64,000 nt of DNA from Gemmatimonadaceae bacterium (GCA_045803545.1 JBJMOW010000005.1:768001-832000), one strand, 5' to 3'; counted from the first letter of the stretch, positions 50,086 through 59,433 are shown. Program-made: numbers and translations. The notes: a model not told the origin generated them from the sequence alone.

Positions 50086-50706
50086 TCAACCAGAAGCAAG
50101 CATGTAACGCGAGAAGTGCCTGATGATCCACACCTGCGCTTCAGGGAGCCGCGCATTGAGTGGCGAGAAGATCGTGGTCGAAGGCTCGATCTCGAGGACC
50201 GGGACTTTGCCACTGAGCTTCACCTTATCATCGGAGATATAGGCCGCGAAGATCGACGTTCTCAGCGGCTGACCTGCGACGGTGGTGTTGCGCAGGGACT
50301 GCGTGATGGTGACGTCTTTTTTGAACTGCGTCCCCGTCGGCTCCATCTTGTAGGCGACGTACTTCTCGTCGGCCGTGACGGTGATGGTCAGCGCCGAGCC
50401 GAGCGCCCCGGCCGGGATGTCCATCGTGAAGCCGGTTTCGGGAATCGAGATCCGCCCGCCAGACTGATCGACGCGCTGCGAAACCTTTACCTGAGTTTTG
50501 CCTTTGTTGCTCCACCACAGGGCATGCAGCTCGAGGTCAGCCGCGGCATTGTTTATCGAACTGGTAACCGAGCCGGAGCCAGGACCTTTCGCGGCAGCTG
50601 CGTCCAGGGGAGCAGTGAGACTCTGGAGAGCGGGATCGGCGCAGGAAGCGATAAGGAGCGCGCCGACGAGCGAGCCAAAGGATCTGAAGAGTCTAAGGCG
50701 AAGCAT
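50086..50706 (-). CDS. ZU5-like-domain lipoprotein ending HFSRYMLASG
   Basis: Lipobox IASC; VDQSGGRISIPETGFTMDIPAGAL and MEPTGTQFKKDV; terminal HFS. Confidence 0.8.
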   Translation of the reverse strand: MLRLRLFRSFGSLVGALLIASCADPALQSLTAPLDAAAAKGPGSGSVTSSINNAAADLELHALWWSNKGKTQVKVSQRVDQSGGRISIPETGFTMDIPAGALGSALTITVTADEKYVAYKMEPTGTQFKKDVTITQSLRNTTVAGQPLRTSIFAAYISDDKVKLSGKVPVLEIEPSTTIFSPLNARLPEAQVWIIRHFSRYMLASG

Positions 50707-50748
50707 TCTGGGTCCGTGTTAGGGAAGCGGGGTTGAGGCCCTCCCTAA

Positions 50749-50881
50749 GGCAACGGCTGTGCCCAGCGCTAAGCTGTTTTAAATCAATGAGTTAGCTTTT
50801 CCACATTGAGCGAGCTCATCAATAACGGTGCAATATTTTTTTACACCCGAAATTTTTCTTTACATCTGTCAATTTTTTACG
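50749..50881 (-). promoter_or_regulatory. Sigma54 promoter, IHF-consensus site and putative activator sites
   Basis: Minus strand TGGGCACAGCCGTTGCC (GG 50763-50762, GC 50751-50750); CTAA-N19-TTAG 50769-50795 containing AATCAATGAGTTA (WATCAANNNNTTR); TTTAC at 50840, 50859, 50876. Confidence 0.85.
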
Positions 50882-51084
50882 TCCAACCTGTCAGTCGGCC
50901 GGAGCGGGCGAAAAAAATGTGTTCGCGCCCCAAAGCATCTTGCTTCCGCGCCGCGTAGTAGTAGATGATGTTGGGCGGCCAAAACAGGGCGCGCGTCAGG
51001 AATAAAGTTTTAATGGGCTGGCGTGAAACCTGTAGGTCCATCAACGTGTCTCATAGTTACAACCTTTAGCCACATCAGCCGTAT

Positions 51085-52650
51085 ATGTCGATGGCAAATA
51101 ACAGAGCACGGCTCGTCGTAGCCGTAATTACCGCTTTTGTAGGCGGATTGATCGTCGCATCCGGGTTCAACTGGACCAAGCTCGGATTTGCGCAAACTCG
51201 TCCCGCCGCGGCAGTAGTCCAGCCAATTGCCGAGGCCAGCAACGCGTTCGTCGCGATCGCCAACAACGTCACTCCGGCGGTCGTTTCGATCGAAGTCGTA
51301 AGCACGCCGAAGAGCTCGAATAGCACGACTCGCGGACGCGTCCAGGTTCCACAAGGCGTTCCGCCTGACATGCAGGACTTCTTCCGTCAATTCGATATCC
51401 CGCAGCAATCGCGTCCAATGCGCGGTCAGGGTTCCGGGTTCATCGTAACGTCGAACGGATACATTCTTACCAACAATCACGTCGTCACCAATCAGGATCG
51501 TGAAACGGTGGCCGATCGCGTGACGGTGAGACTGCTCGATCATCGCGTGTTCACTGCGAAAGTGATCGGTCACGATCGCACGACCGACGTCGCGGTAATC
51601 AAGATCGATGGCAGCAACTTCCCCACCTTGCCGCTTGGCAACGATATGAACGCGCGCACCGGCGAATGGGTACTCGCGATCGGCAATCCGCTTGGTCTCG
51701 AAAATACCGTCACCGCCGGTATCATCAGCGCGAAAGGCCGCAGCCTCGCCGAGCTGATGAATCCGAATGGAACGAATCAGTACGCGATCAGCGATCTGAT
51801 ACAGACCGACGCGGCGATCAACCCCGGCAACTCCGGTGGTCCGCTCGTCAATGCGCGTGGCGAAGTGATCGGCATCAACAGCGCGATCGCCAGTCCGACC
51901 GGCTATAACGCGGGCTACGGTTTCGCAATTCCGATCACGCTGGCTAAGCGCGTCATGGATCAGCTCATTGCCAATGGGCGCGTACGCGTTCCGGCGCTCG
52001 GCATCGGCATCGATGATGTGAGTCCTGAAGACGCAGCGGTCGCGGGCGTGAAAGACATTCGAGGCGTTCTCGTTCGGAACTTCCCGAGCGACGATACGCC
52101 GGCTAAGAAGGCGGGCCTTCAGCCGGGTGACGTGATCATCACGGCGGATGGTCAGCCGGTCGATCGCGTCAGCACTCTCCAGAGAATCGTGCGCAATCAC
52201 AACCCTGGCGAGACGATCGAGATCGAAGCGATGCGGTACGGTCAGCGCAAGACTTTCAGCGTCAAGTTGATGGAAGCGCAGACTGACGCCGAAGTCGCTT
52301 CCAGTAACTCCACTCCCGCGAGCAACGGCGGCACCATTCATCCGGCGCTGGGGATCGCAGTGGCGCCGGTAAGTGCCGAGATGGCGGCGCAGGCAAGGAT
52401 GCCAACTCCAGTTCGTGGCGTCATGGTTTCCGATGTCACCCCTGGCGGTCCTGCCGACGAGAAGCTGACTCAGAACGACGTCATCACCGAAGTCCTTTAC
52501 CCGCTGCCGCGCCGTCCGATCAACTCGCCGACGGATCTACAGTCGATACTGAAAGGATTGAAGAACGGCGAGTATATCAGTCTCAGTGTTTTCAACCTAG
52601 CGGACAGAAATCATGCTCCGCGGATCGTCAACATTCAGGTTGGCAGATAG
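51085..52650 (+). CDS. degP: HtrA/DegP-family serine protease with two PDZ domains
   Basis: GSGFIV, TNNHVV, DVAVIK, QTDAAINPGNSGGPL. Confidence 0.92.
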   Translation: MSMANNRARLVVAVITAFVGGLIVASGFNWTKLGFAQTRPAAAVVQPIAEASNAFVAIANNVTPAVVSIEVVSTPKSSNSTTRGRVQVPQGVPPDMQDFFRQFDIPQQSRPMRGQGSGFIVTSNGYILTNNHVVTNQDRETVADRVTVRLLDHRVFTAKVIGHDRTTDVAVIKIDGSNFPTLPLGNDMNARTGEWVLAIGNPLGLENTVTAGIISAKGRSLAELMNPNGTNQYAISDLIQTDAAINPGNSGGPLVNARGEVIGINSAIASPTGYNAGYGFAIPITLAKRVMDQLIANGRVRVPALGIGIDDVSPEDAAVAGVKDIRGVLVRNFPSDDTPAKKAGLQPGDVIITADGQPVDRVSTLQRIVRNHNPGETIEIEAMRYGQRKTFSVKLMEAQTDAEVASSNSTPASNGGTIHPALGIAVAPVSAEMAAQARMPTPVRGVMVSDVTPGGPADEKLTQNDVITEVLYPLPRRPINSPTDLQSILKGLKNGEYISLSVFNLADRNHAPRIVNIQVGR

Positions 52651-52669
52651 TCATTAGCTGACCTTCTTG

Positions 52670-52711
52670 AACAAAACCCGTGGAGCGAAAAAGCTCCGCG
52701 GGTTTTTTGTT
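52670..52711 (+). terminator. Rho-independent terminator
   Basis: AAAACCCGTGGAGC-GAAAAA-GCTCCGCGGGTTTTTT. Confidence 0.85.
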
Positions 52712-52755
52712 GCGCACTGGTTCGTCAATAACTCGGAGTGAATATTTCAGAGCAC

Positions 52756-52838
52756 GCGGAAGTGGCGGAATTTGGTAGACGCGCTGGACTTAGGATCCAG
52801 TGGAGCAATCCGTGGGGGTTCGAGTCCCCCCTTTCGCA
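52756..52838 (+). tRNA. tRNA-Leu(TAG), CCA not encoded
   Basis: Acceptor GCGGAAG/CTTTCGC, anticodon arm CTGGA-CTTAGGA-TCCAG, long variable arm, GTTCGAGT T loop. Confidence 0.96.
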
Positions 52839-52862
52839 CTGCTGCGCATCCATGAGGATTTT

Positions 52863-53030
52863 ATGAAACGCAAACCGATAATTCCCGACTTCTCGAAGAA
52901 GAAAAAGGAAATTCCGCAGGCTGGGGTTCCCGCCGATCCGTCGAAGACCCAGCATCAGCATCTGCCGAACCCACAGGTCCGTCCGAAGCCAACATCGACG
53001 TCGATCAAATCTGGGCGACGCGGTTCGTAA
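52863..53030 (+). CDS. Small basic, Pro-rich hypothetical protein (55 aa)
   Basis: GAGGA just upstream of ATG; fills the gap between the tRNA and the terminator. Confidence 0.6.
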   Translation: MKRKPIIPDFSKKKKEIPQAGVPADPSKTQHQHLPNPQVRPKPTSTSIKSGRRGS

Positions 53031-53090
53031 GAGTTTTGTCGCGATCCGGGAAGGTGTCCCGAGAAGCCGTCGCGATCGCGTAACAACGGT

Positions 53091-53127
53091 AAAAAAAAAG
53101 GCCCGGCGTCGTGAGACGCCGGGCCTT
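53091..53127 (-). terminator. Rho-independent terminator for the DUF892 gene
   Basis: AAGGCCCGGCGTC-GTGA-GACGCCGGGCCTT with an A9 run on the left (U-tract on the minus strand). Confidence 0.88.
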
Positions 53128-53141
53128 GTGCTTTACCGCTA

Positions 53142-53633
53142 TCAGACTTCTGCTTCTACGTTGATTCCCGATTCCGCCAGCGCGGTTAGCAACTGGTCTG
53201 TCTTCCCTTCTTCATCGAGGGTCTGCTGCAGCAGGTCTGCGTGATTGTCGAAGCCGAGTTGACGCGCGTAGGTGCGCACGGTTCCATATCCAGCGATCTC
53301 GTAATGCTCAACGTGCTGCGCCTTGTTGATCAAACCGGCGTCCAGAACATCGGGATCGGGATCTTCCTTCATCAATTCGCTACCTTCCTCGATCAATCCT
53401 TCCATGCCAACGCATTTCTTGCCGCGTGGGCTTACACCGAGATCCCGGCAGATTTGCTCGAGCCGCTCCGCGTGCTTCCGCGTTTCCTGGAGGTGAGTGC
53501 GGAATGCTTCCTTCAACTGTGGATCGTTTGCAGCCTTGGCCATTTTCGGCAGCGCCTTCACCAGCTGCTTCTCTGCGCTGTAAAGGTCTTTGAGTTCGTC
53601 AACGAACAGGTCTTTAAGGGTGTCGAGTTCCAT
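53142..53633 (-). CDS. Ferritin-like DUF892 (YciE/YciF) stress protein
   Basis: LKDLYSAEKQL, HLQETRKH, AQHVEHYEIAGYGT. Confidence 0.92.
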   Translation of the reverse strand: MELDTLKDLFVDELKDLYSAEKQLVKALPKMAKAANDPQLKEAFRTHLQETRKHAERLEQICRDLGVSPRGKKCVGMEGLIEEGSELMKEDPDPDVLDAGLINKAQHVEHYEIAGYGTVRTYARQLGFDNHADLLQQTLDEEGKTDQLLTALAESGINVEAEV

Positions 53634-53689
53634 AGCTGATTTCCTCCCAGGAAAGCCGTGTTTTCGATTGCTTTTGACGCTTTCAACAA

Positions 53690-53705
53690 AGCAATTGCGG
53701 TGCCG
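53690..53705 (-). promoter_or_regulatory. Sigma54 -24/-12 promoter for the DUF892 gene
   Basis: Minus strand CGGCACCGCAATTGCT. Confidence 0.7.
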
Positions 53706-53737
53706 CCCACGCTTTTTCGTACTGTTATATTCCGTAC

Positions 53738-54985
53738 ATGAAAATCGAGTTCACGCCGCGTGCCTCTGAGGGTGTGGAGAGACACATCCAGGTCTCCGTG
53801 CCGGCAGAAGCCGTCAAGGACGCCGAGGATAAGGCGGCGAGAAGGTACGCATCAACTGTAAGGCTGCCCGGGTTCAGGCCCGGCAAAGCCCCAGCTACGG
53901 TGGTGCGCAAGAAATTCGGCGAGGCAATCCGTCAGGAGGCGCTCGAATCGCTGGTACGCGACGCCTACGAGGAGTTCGTCGAGAAGGAAAGCATCAAGGT
54001 GGCCTCGCAGCCTCACGTACACGACCTCAAATTCGAGGAAGGTAACCCACTTACGTTCGAGCTCCATCTCGAGCTGCGGCCAACGATCAACCTGGCGCGC
54101 ACCAACGGCTTCCGGGTTCAACGCCAGAAACCGACCATTACCGACGAACAGGTAGCAGAGCAGCTGGAGCAGATCCGCGACGAAAAGGCAACCTGGACAC
54201 CTGTCGCGGAACAGCCAAAGCCAGGAGATATGGTCAACGTCGAACTGGCGACGGCAAGCCCGGGCGATACGTTGAACGAAGGGAAGAGCTACCCATTGGT
54301 TTTGGGCTCGGGCCAGGCGATTTCAGGAATTGAAGAGCTAATCATGGAGGCGACCCCGGGCGAGACAATCGAGCGTCCGGTCAAGTGGCCTGATGACTTC
54401 CCGGATGAAAAGCAGCGCGGGCAGACCAAGACCGTTCGCATTACTCTAAACGAAGTCAAACGCAAAGCCGCGCCGGCGCTCGACGATGCATTGGCGCGCG
54501 AAGTTGGAGACTTTGAATCACTCGATGCACTCCGCACCACAGTCCGATACGATTTGGAGCGACATGCGGAGCACGAGATCGAAGCGAACGTGAGACAACA
54601 GCTGATCGATCAGATAATTTCAGCGAACGCGTTCGACATTCCCAAGAGCTGGATTCAGCAGTTCGTGCAGAACTACGCCGAAGTATACCAAGTACCTGAG
54701 GATCAGCGCGACAAGTTCGCGGGCGAATTCCGCTCGCTGGCGGAGCGCCAGATCCGGCGAGACCTTGTGATCGAGACAATTGCAGACAAGGAAACTCTCG
54801 CCGCCACCGAGAAGGATCTCGATGACAGGATCGCCGAACAGGCGGAAAAACGCGGCGTGAATCCTGGCCAGCTTTACGCCCAGCTCGAAAAGAGCGGCCG
54901 ACTGAAAGAAATGGAGCGCAGCATCACTGAAGACAAAGTCTTCAAGTGGCTGTTGGACCGAAACGATGTATCGACTAATGCCTAA
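53738..54985 (+). CDS. tig: Trigger factor
   Basis: [10 protein letters not shown] ribosome-binding motif; precedes clpP-clpX. Confidence 0.95.
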   Translation: MKIEFTPRASEGVERHIQVSVPAEAVKDAEDKAARRYASTVRLPGFRPGKAPATVVRKKFGEAIRQEALESLVRDAYEEFVEKESIKVASQPHVHDLKFEEGNPLTFELHLELRPTINLARTNGFRVQRQKPTITDEQVAEQLEQIRDEKATWTPVAEQPKPGDMVNVELATASPGDTLNEGKSYPLVLGSGQAISGIEELIMEATPGETIERPVKWPDDFPDEKQRGQTKTVRITLNEVKRKAAPALDDALAREVGDFESLDALRTTVRYDLERHAEHEIEANVRQQLIDQIISANAFDIPKSWIQQFVQNYAEVYQVPEDQRDKFAGEFRSLAERQIRRDLVIETIADKETLAATEKDLDDRIAEQAEKRGVNPGQLYAQLEKSGRLKEMERSITEDKVFKWLLDRNDVSTNA

Positions 54986-55010
54986 ACGGCGAGAGGAAGA
55001 AGACGAACAA

Positions 55011-55631
55011 ATGCCGACGATTTACACGCCGTACGTAATCGAGCGCTCCAGCCGCGGAGAGCGCACCTATGATGTTTTTTCCCGGCTTCTGATGGACCGG
55101 ATCATCTTTCTCGGTACGCCAATCAACGATGATGTCGCCAACATTGTGATCGCGCAGCTGCTGTTCCTGGAATCCGATAATCCGGAGCGCGACATCCATA
55201 TCTACATCAACTCTCCCGGCGGCAGCGTTTCCGCAGGGCTGGCGATTTACGACACGATGCAATTCCTCAAGTCGCCGGTGAACACCAATTGCATGGGGCT
55301 GGCGGCAAGCATGGGCGCATTTCTGCTGGCGTCCGGCCGTCCCGGCAAGCGGTCTGCGCTTCCCCACTCCCGGATCATGATCCACCAGCCGTCGCAGGGC
55401 GGAGGGGGCGGGACGGCGTCGGATATCGAGATCCAGGCAAAGGAGATCCTGCACCTTCGTTCGGAGATGAACAAGCTGATGGCCAAGCACACCGGCCAAC
55501 CGACCGAGCGAATCGAGCGCGACACCGACAGGGACCGGTTCATGTCCGCCACCGAGGCCAAGGAATACGGTCTGATCGACAACGTGATTTCGTACCGCGG
55601 GGAGATGGAAGAGGCGTTAAAGCAAGCCTGA
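55011..55631 (+). CDS. clpP: ATP-dependent Clp protease proteolytic subunit (start trimmed to ATG 55011)
   Basis: YINSPGG, GLAASMG, IMIHQP. Confidence 0.97.
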   Translation: MPTIYTPYVIERSSRGERTYDVFSRLLMDRIIFLGTPINDDVANIVIAQLLFLESDNPERDIHIYINSPGGSVSAGLAIYDTMQFLKSPVNTNCMGLAASMGAFLLASGRPGKRSALPHSRIMIHQPSQGGGGGTASDIEIQAKEILHLRSEMNKLMAKHTGQPTERIERDTDRDRFMSATEAKEYGLIDNVISYRGEMEEALKQA

Positions 55632-55762
55632 GCAGCACTACTGTTACTTGTGAAAATGTTCACGAGTCCTGCCCTCGTATTTTGCTTGACCGCTTACAGA
55701 CCCGCTGTTAGGTATCTTTAGTCCAGTACACCTTTTAGCCGCCGCAACCGGTTTTCGCCGAA

Positions 55763-57007
55763 ATGTCCCAAGAGAAACACCTTCGCTGCTCATTCTGCGG
55801 AAAATCCAAAGATTCTGTCCGGAAGTTCATTTCCGGACCGTCCGTGTACATCTGCAACGAGTGCATTGCGCTCTGCAATGAGATCCTTGCGGAGGACGAA
55901 GAGCGCGAAGTTGCGGAGGCTATAACCCAGGTACCGTCGCCGCAGGAGATAAAAGACGTTCTCGACCAGTATGTGATCGGTCAGGAACAGGCGAAGAAGG
56001 CACTGGCAGTCTCGGTTTACAACCACTACAAGCGCATCAATTCGACGTCCCTCAAGGACGATGACGTCGAGCTCGACAAATCGAACATTCTGCTGATTGG
56101 CCCAACCGGCGTCGGCAAAACCCTTCTGGCCAGAACGCTCGCCAGAATCCTCGATGTCCCCTTCACCATCGCCGACGCGACGACCCTCACCGAAGCGGGC
56201 TATGTCGGTGAAGACGTCGAGAACATTCTCGTCAGGCTGCTCCAGGCCGGGGATTTCAACGTCGCCGAATGCGAACGCGGTATCGTCTACATCGACGAAA
56301 TCGACAAGATCGCACGGAAATCCGAGAATCCCAGTATCACCCGTGACGTATCCGGTGAAGGCGTTCAGCAGGCACTACTCAAGATCATCGAAGGGACCGT
56401 TGCCTCCGTGCCGCCGCAGGGCGGCCGCAAGCACCCACAGCAGGAATACATTCAGCTCAACACCAAGGACATTCTCTTCATCTGCGGCGGCGCTTTCGAC
56501 GGACTCGAGAAGATCATCGAGGCCCGCACCGGACGCCGGCAGATCGGGTTCAACGGCGCAGCTGCCCGTGACAAGAAGCTGGTCCAGACCAAGATCTTCG
56601 CCGAAGTCGAGCCGGACGATCTGCTCCGCTACGGTCTGATTCCGGAACTGGTCGGCCGCTTACCTGTCACCGTCGCACTTGAAGGACTCGACGAAGACGC
56701 GCTCGTTCGCATCCTGAAGGAGCCGAAGAACGCGCTCACCAAGCAGTACGCGAAGCTGTTCGGCCTCGAGGATGTAAAGATCACCTTCGACGAAGCCGCG
56801 CTCGTCGCAATAGCCAACAAGGCGCTCAAACGCGGCACCGGCGCGCGTGGTCTGCGCGCCATCCTGGAAGAGGTTCTGATGGAGGTCATGTTCGACCTCC
56901 CGAGCAGAGAGGACGTTGTCGAGGTCAAGGTGACCGAGTCCTGCATCACCAACGGAACCCAGCCGCTCCTCGAGATCTCGCCGATGCGCAGGAAGAAGGA
57001 AGCGTAG
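55763..57007 (+). CDS. clpX: ClpX ATPase
   Basis: CSFCGK zinc finger, [17 protein letters not shown] loop. Confidence 0.98.
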   Translation: MSQEKHLRCSFCGKSKDSVRKFISGPSVYICNECIALCNEILAEDEEREVAEAITQVPSPQEIKDVLDQYVIGQEQAKKALAVSVYNHYKRINSTSLKDDDVELDKSNILLIGPTGVGKTLLARTLARILDVPFTIADATTLTEAGYVGEDVENILVRLLQAGDFNVAECERGIVYIDEIDKIARKSENPSITRDVSGEGVQQALLKIIEGTVASVPPQGGRKHPQQEYIQLNTKDILFICGGAFDGLEKIIEARTGRRQIGFNGAAARDKKLVQTKIFAEVEPDDLLRYGLIPELVGRLPVTVALEGLDEDALVRILKEPKNALTKQYAKLFGLEDVKITFDEAALVAIANKALKRGTGARGLRAILEEVLMEVMFDLPSREDVVEVKVTESCITNGTQPLLEISPMRRKKEA

Positions 57008-57009
57008 GG

Positions 57010-59433
57010 CTGACCCAGACATTCCAGCGCGACAACGAAACTATTACGACGTCGGATCGGATTCCGGTCCTGCCTCTCCGCGATGTCGTCATTTTCCCCT
57101 ATGTAGTGATCCCGCTCCTCGTCGGCCGGCCCGCATCATTGGCCGCGATCGAGGCAGCGCTGGCAGAAGACAAGTTCCTGCTGCTGGTCGCACAACGAGA
57201 CGGTGAGAAGCAGGAGCCCGCCGCCGCTGATCTTCACCGCACTGGGGTTGTAGGTCGCGTGGTGCAGGTTTCGCGGCTACCGACCGGCACCACTCGGGTG
57301 TTGGTCGAAGGAGTCGCCCGAGCGCGCATCACCCGCTACATACCGTCCGGCAACATGCTGCGCGCGGCGGTGACGGCCGCACCTTTCGACGGCCCAGCAC
57401 CCAAGGATGCGGCAGAGACGGAGGCGATCAGCCGACGCGTCCTGAACTCGTTCGAAGAATATGTCGGCCTTCAGCGCCGGATTCCGCCCGAGATCGTCTC
57501 AATCATTCAGAGCACCAGTTCGGCCGAGCGGCAGGCGTTCGGCGTCGCGGCGCACGTCGCCGTGCGCTTCGAGCTGCGCCAATCGCTGCTCGAAGCAGAG
57601 ACCCTACGCGCACTGCTCGAAATGTTGGGCGAACTGTTGTCAGGCGAAATAGAGCTGCTGCGTCTGGAGCGGAAGATCGACGATGACGTGCGCGGGGCGA
57701 TGTTTCAGAATCAGCGCGAGTTCTACCTGCAGGAGCAGCTGCGCGTCATCCACAAGGAGCTGGGCGAGGATGACGGTGACGACTTCGCCGATCTCGAAGC
57801 CCAGATCAAAAAGAAGGCGCTGCCGAAGCACGTCGAGGAGCGGACGCTCCGGGAGCTGCGCAAGCTACGCCGGATGCCGCCGATGTCACCCGAGTTCACG
57901 GTCGCGCGAAACTTCGTCGACTGGATCGTGTCGATTCCCTGGACCGAGCGAACCGATGAAGTGCTCGATGTGGCTCACGCACGGGGAATTCTCGACGCCG
58001 ATCACTATGGTCTCGACGAGGTCAAAGACCGCATTCTCGACTTCATCGCGGTGATGTCGCTGGTCGGTCGTCTGGACGGCCAGATACTCTGCCTCGTCGG
58101 TCCGCCCGGTGTCGGCAAGACATCACTCGGCCGATCAATCGCGCGGGCGCTGGGCAGAAAGTTCGTGCGCATGGCGCTTGGCGGGGTGCGTGATGAAGCA
58201 GAGATTCGCGGCCATCGCCGCACGTACATTGGCTCGATGCCGGGGAGAATCATCCAAGCGATGCGGCGGGCCGAAGTAATCAATCCGGTGATCCTCCTCG
58301 ACGAAGTCGATAAGCTCGGCCAGGATTTCCGTGGCGATCCCGCGGCAGCGCTGCTAGAGGTTCTCGATCCAGAACAGAACACCACCTTCAACGACAATTA
58401 TCTCGAGGTCGACTACGACCTGTCACAGGTGTTGTTCATCACGACTGCCAATTCCCTCGCCGGTATCCCAGAGCCACTGCGCGACCGGATGGAAATCCTA
58501 CGCATCGCCGGCTATCTCGACCACGAGAAGATGGCGATCGCGAGGCAGTACCTGTTGCCGCGCCAAATCGAAGCGAACGGTTTGAAGCGAGAAGATGTGG
58601 CGGTCGAGCCGGACGTTTTGATGGCGATCATGCGTGGCTACACGCGCGAAGCCGGTGTGCGAGAGCTTGAGCGCCGCATCGCGCGCGTGGCGCGAAAGCT
58701 GGCTCGCAAACGCGCCGAAGCCCCCGCCGAGACGACTGCTACCGACGGCACGGTCAGGCACACCATCAGAGTCGACGATCTCAAGGATTTGCTTGGGCAG
58801 CCACCGTTCGACCCGGACGACACATCACTGGAAGACAAGGTGGGGGTGGCATCGGGCCTTGCGTACACCTCTGCGGGGGGCGAGGTGCTGGAGATCGAGG
58901 TGAGCGTCGTCAAAGGCCGCGGCAAGGTGCACATGACGGGTACACTGGGCGACGTGATGAAGGAGTCGGCTAGTGCGGCACTGTCTTATGCGCGGGCGCG
59001 GGCGCGCGGCCTTGGGATCGATCCGGAATTCTATCGCACGAAGGACATCCACATTCACATGCCTGCCGGCGCCACGCCGAAGGATGGACCTTCCGCAGGA
59101 ATCGCAATCGCGACCGCAGTGATCAGTGCGCTCACCGGGGCCCCGGTGCGCGGAGATATCGCCATGACGGGTGAGATCACATTGCGCGGCCGAGTGCTGC
59201 CGATCGGCGGGCTGAAAGAGAAATCCGTCGCCGCGCATCGCAATAAGGTGAGCGAGGTTATCGTGCCGCACGGCAATGCACGAGATATCGAGGAGCTGCC
59301 GGAGGAAGTGCGTGCTTCAGTCCGCTTTCACCCGGTCAAGACGATGGACGAAGTGCTGGCGCTAGCGCTGCGGCGCCAGCCGTCCGCCAGTGCGTCCGCC
59401 GGCGAAGCGCTCTACGACACAGTCACCCACTGA
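57010..59433 (+). CDS. lon: ATP-dependent Lon protease, copy 2; probable CTG start at 57010
   Basis: In-frame IPVLPLRDVVIFPY upstream of GTG 57106; GPPGVGKT, PKDGPSAG, IGGLKEK. Confidence 0.93.
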   Translation: MTQTFQRDNETITTSDRIPVLPLRDVVIFPYVVIPLLVGRPASLAAIEAALAEDKFLLLVAQRDGEKQEPAAADLHRTGVVGRVVQVSRLPTGTTRVLVEGVARARITRYIPSGNMLRAAVTAAPFDGPAPKDAAETEAISRRVLNSFEEYVGLQRRIPPEIVSIIQSTSSAERQAFGVAAHVAVRFELRQSLLEAETLRALLEMLGELLSGEIELLRLERKIDDDVRGAMFQNQREFYLQEQLRVIHKELGEDDGDDFADLEAQIKKKALPKHVEERTLRELRKLRRMPPMSPEFTVARNFVDWIVSIPWTERTDEVLDVAHARGILDADHYGLDEVKDRILDFIAVMSLVGRLDGQILCLVGPPGVGKTSLGRSIARALGRKFVRMALGGVRDEAEIRGHRRTYIGSMPGRIIQAMRRAEVINPVILLDEVDKLGQDFRGDPAAALLEVLDPEQNTTFNDNYLEVDYDLSQVLFITTANSLAGIPEPLRDRMEILRIAGYLDHEKMAIARQYLLPRQIEANGLKREDVAVEPDVLMAIMRGYTREAGVRELERRIARVARKLARKRAEAPAETTATDGTVRHTIRVDDLKDLLGQPPFDPDDTSLEDKVGVASGLAYTSAGGEVLEIEVSVVKGRGKVHMTGTLGDVMKESASAALSYARARARGLGIDPEFYRTKDIHIHMPAGATPKDGPSAGIAIATAVISALTGAPVRGDIAMTGEITLRGRVLPIGGLKEKSVAAHRNKVSEVIVPHGNARDIEELPEEVRASVRFHPVKTMDEVLALALRRQPSASASAGEALYDTVTH

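Noticed and set aside
51010..52341. 443-aa minus-strand ORF
   Set aside because: Antisense shadow of degP; no motifs, typical of GC-rich codon bias
52756..53130. tRNA-Leu as an integration site for an island containing the signalling locus
   Set aside because: No integrase, and I found no duplicated tRNA 3' end in the window
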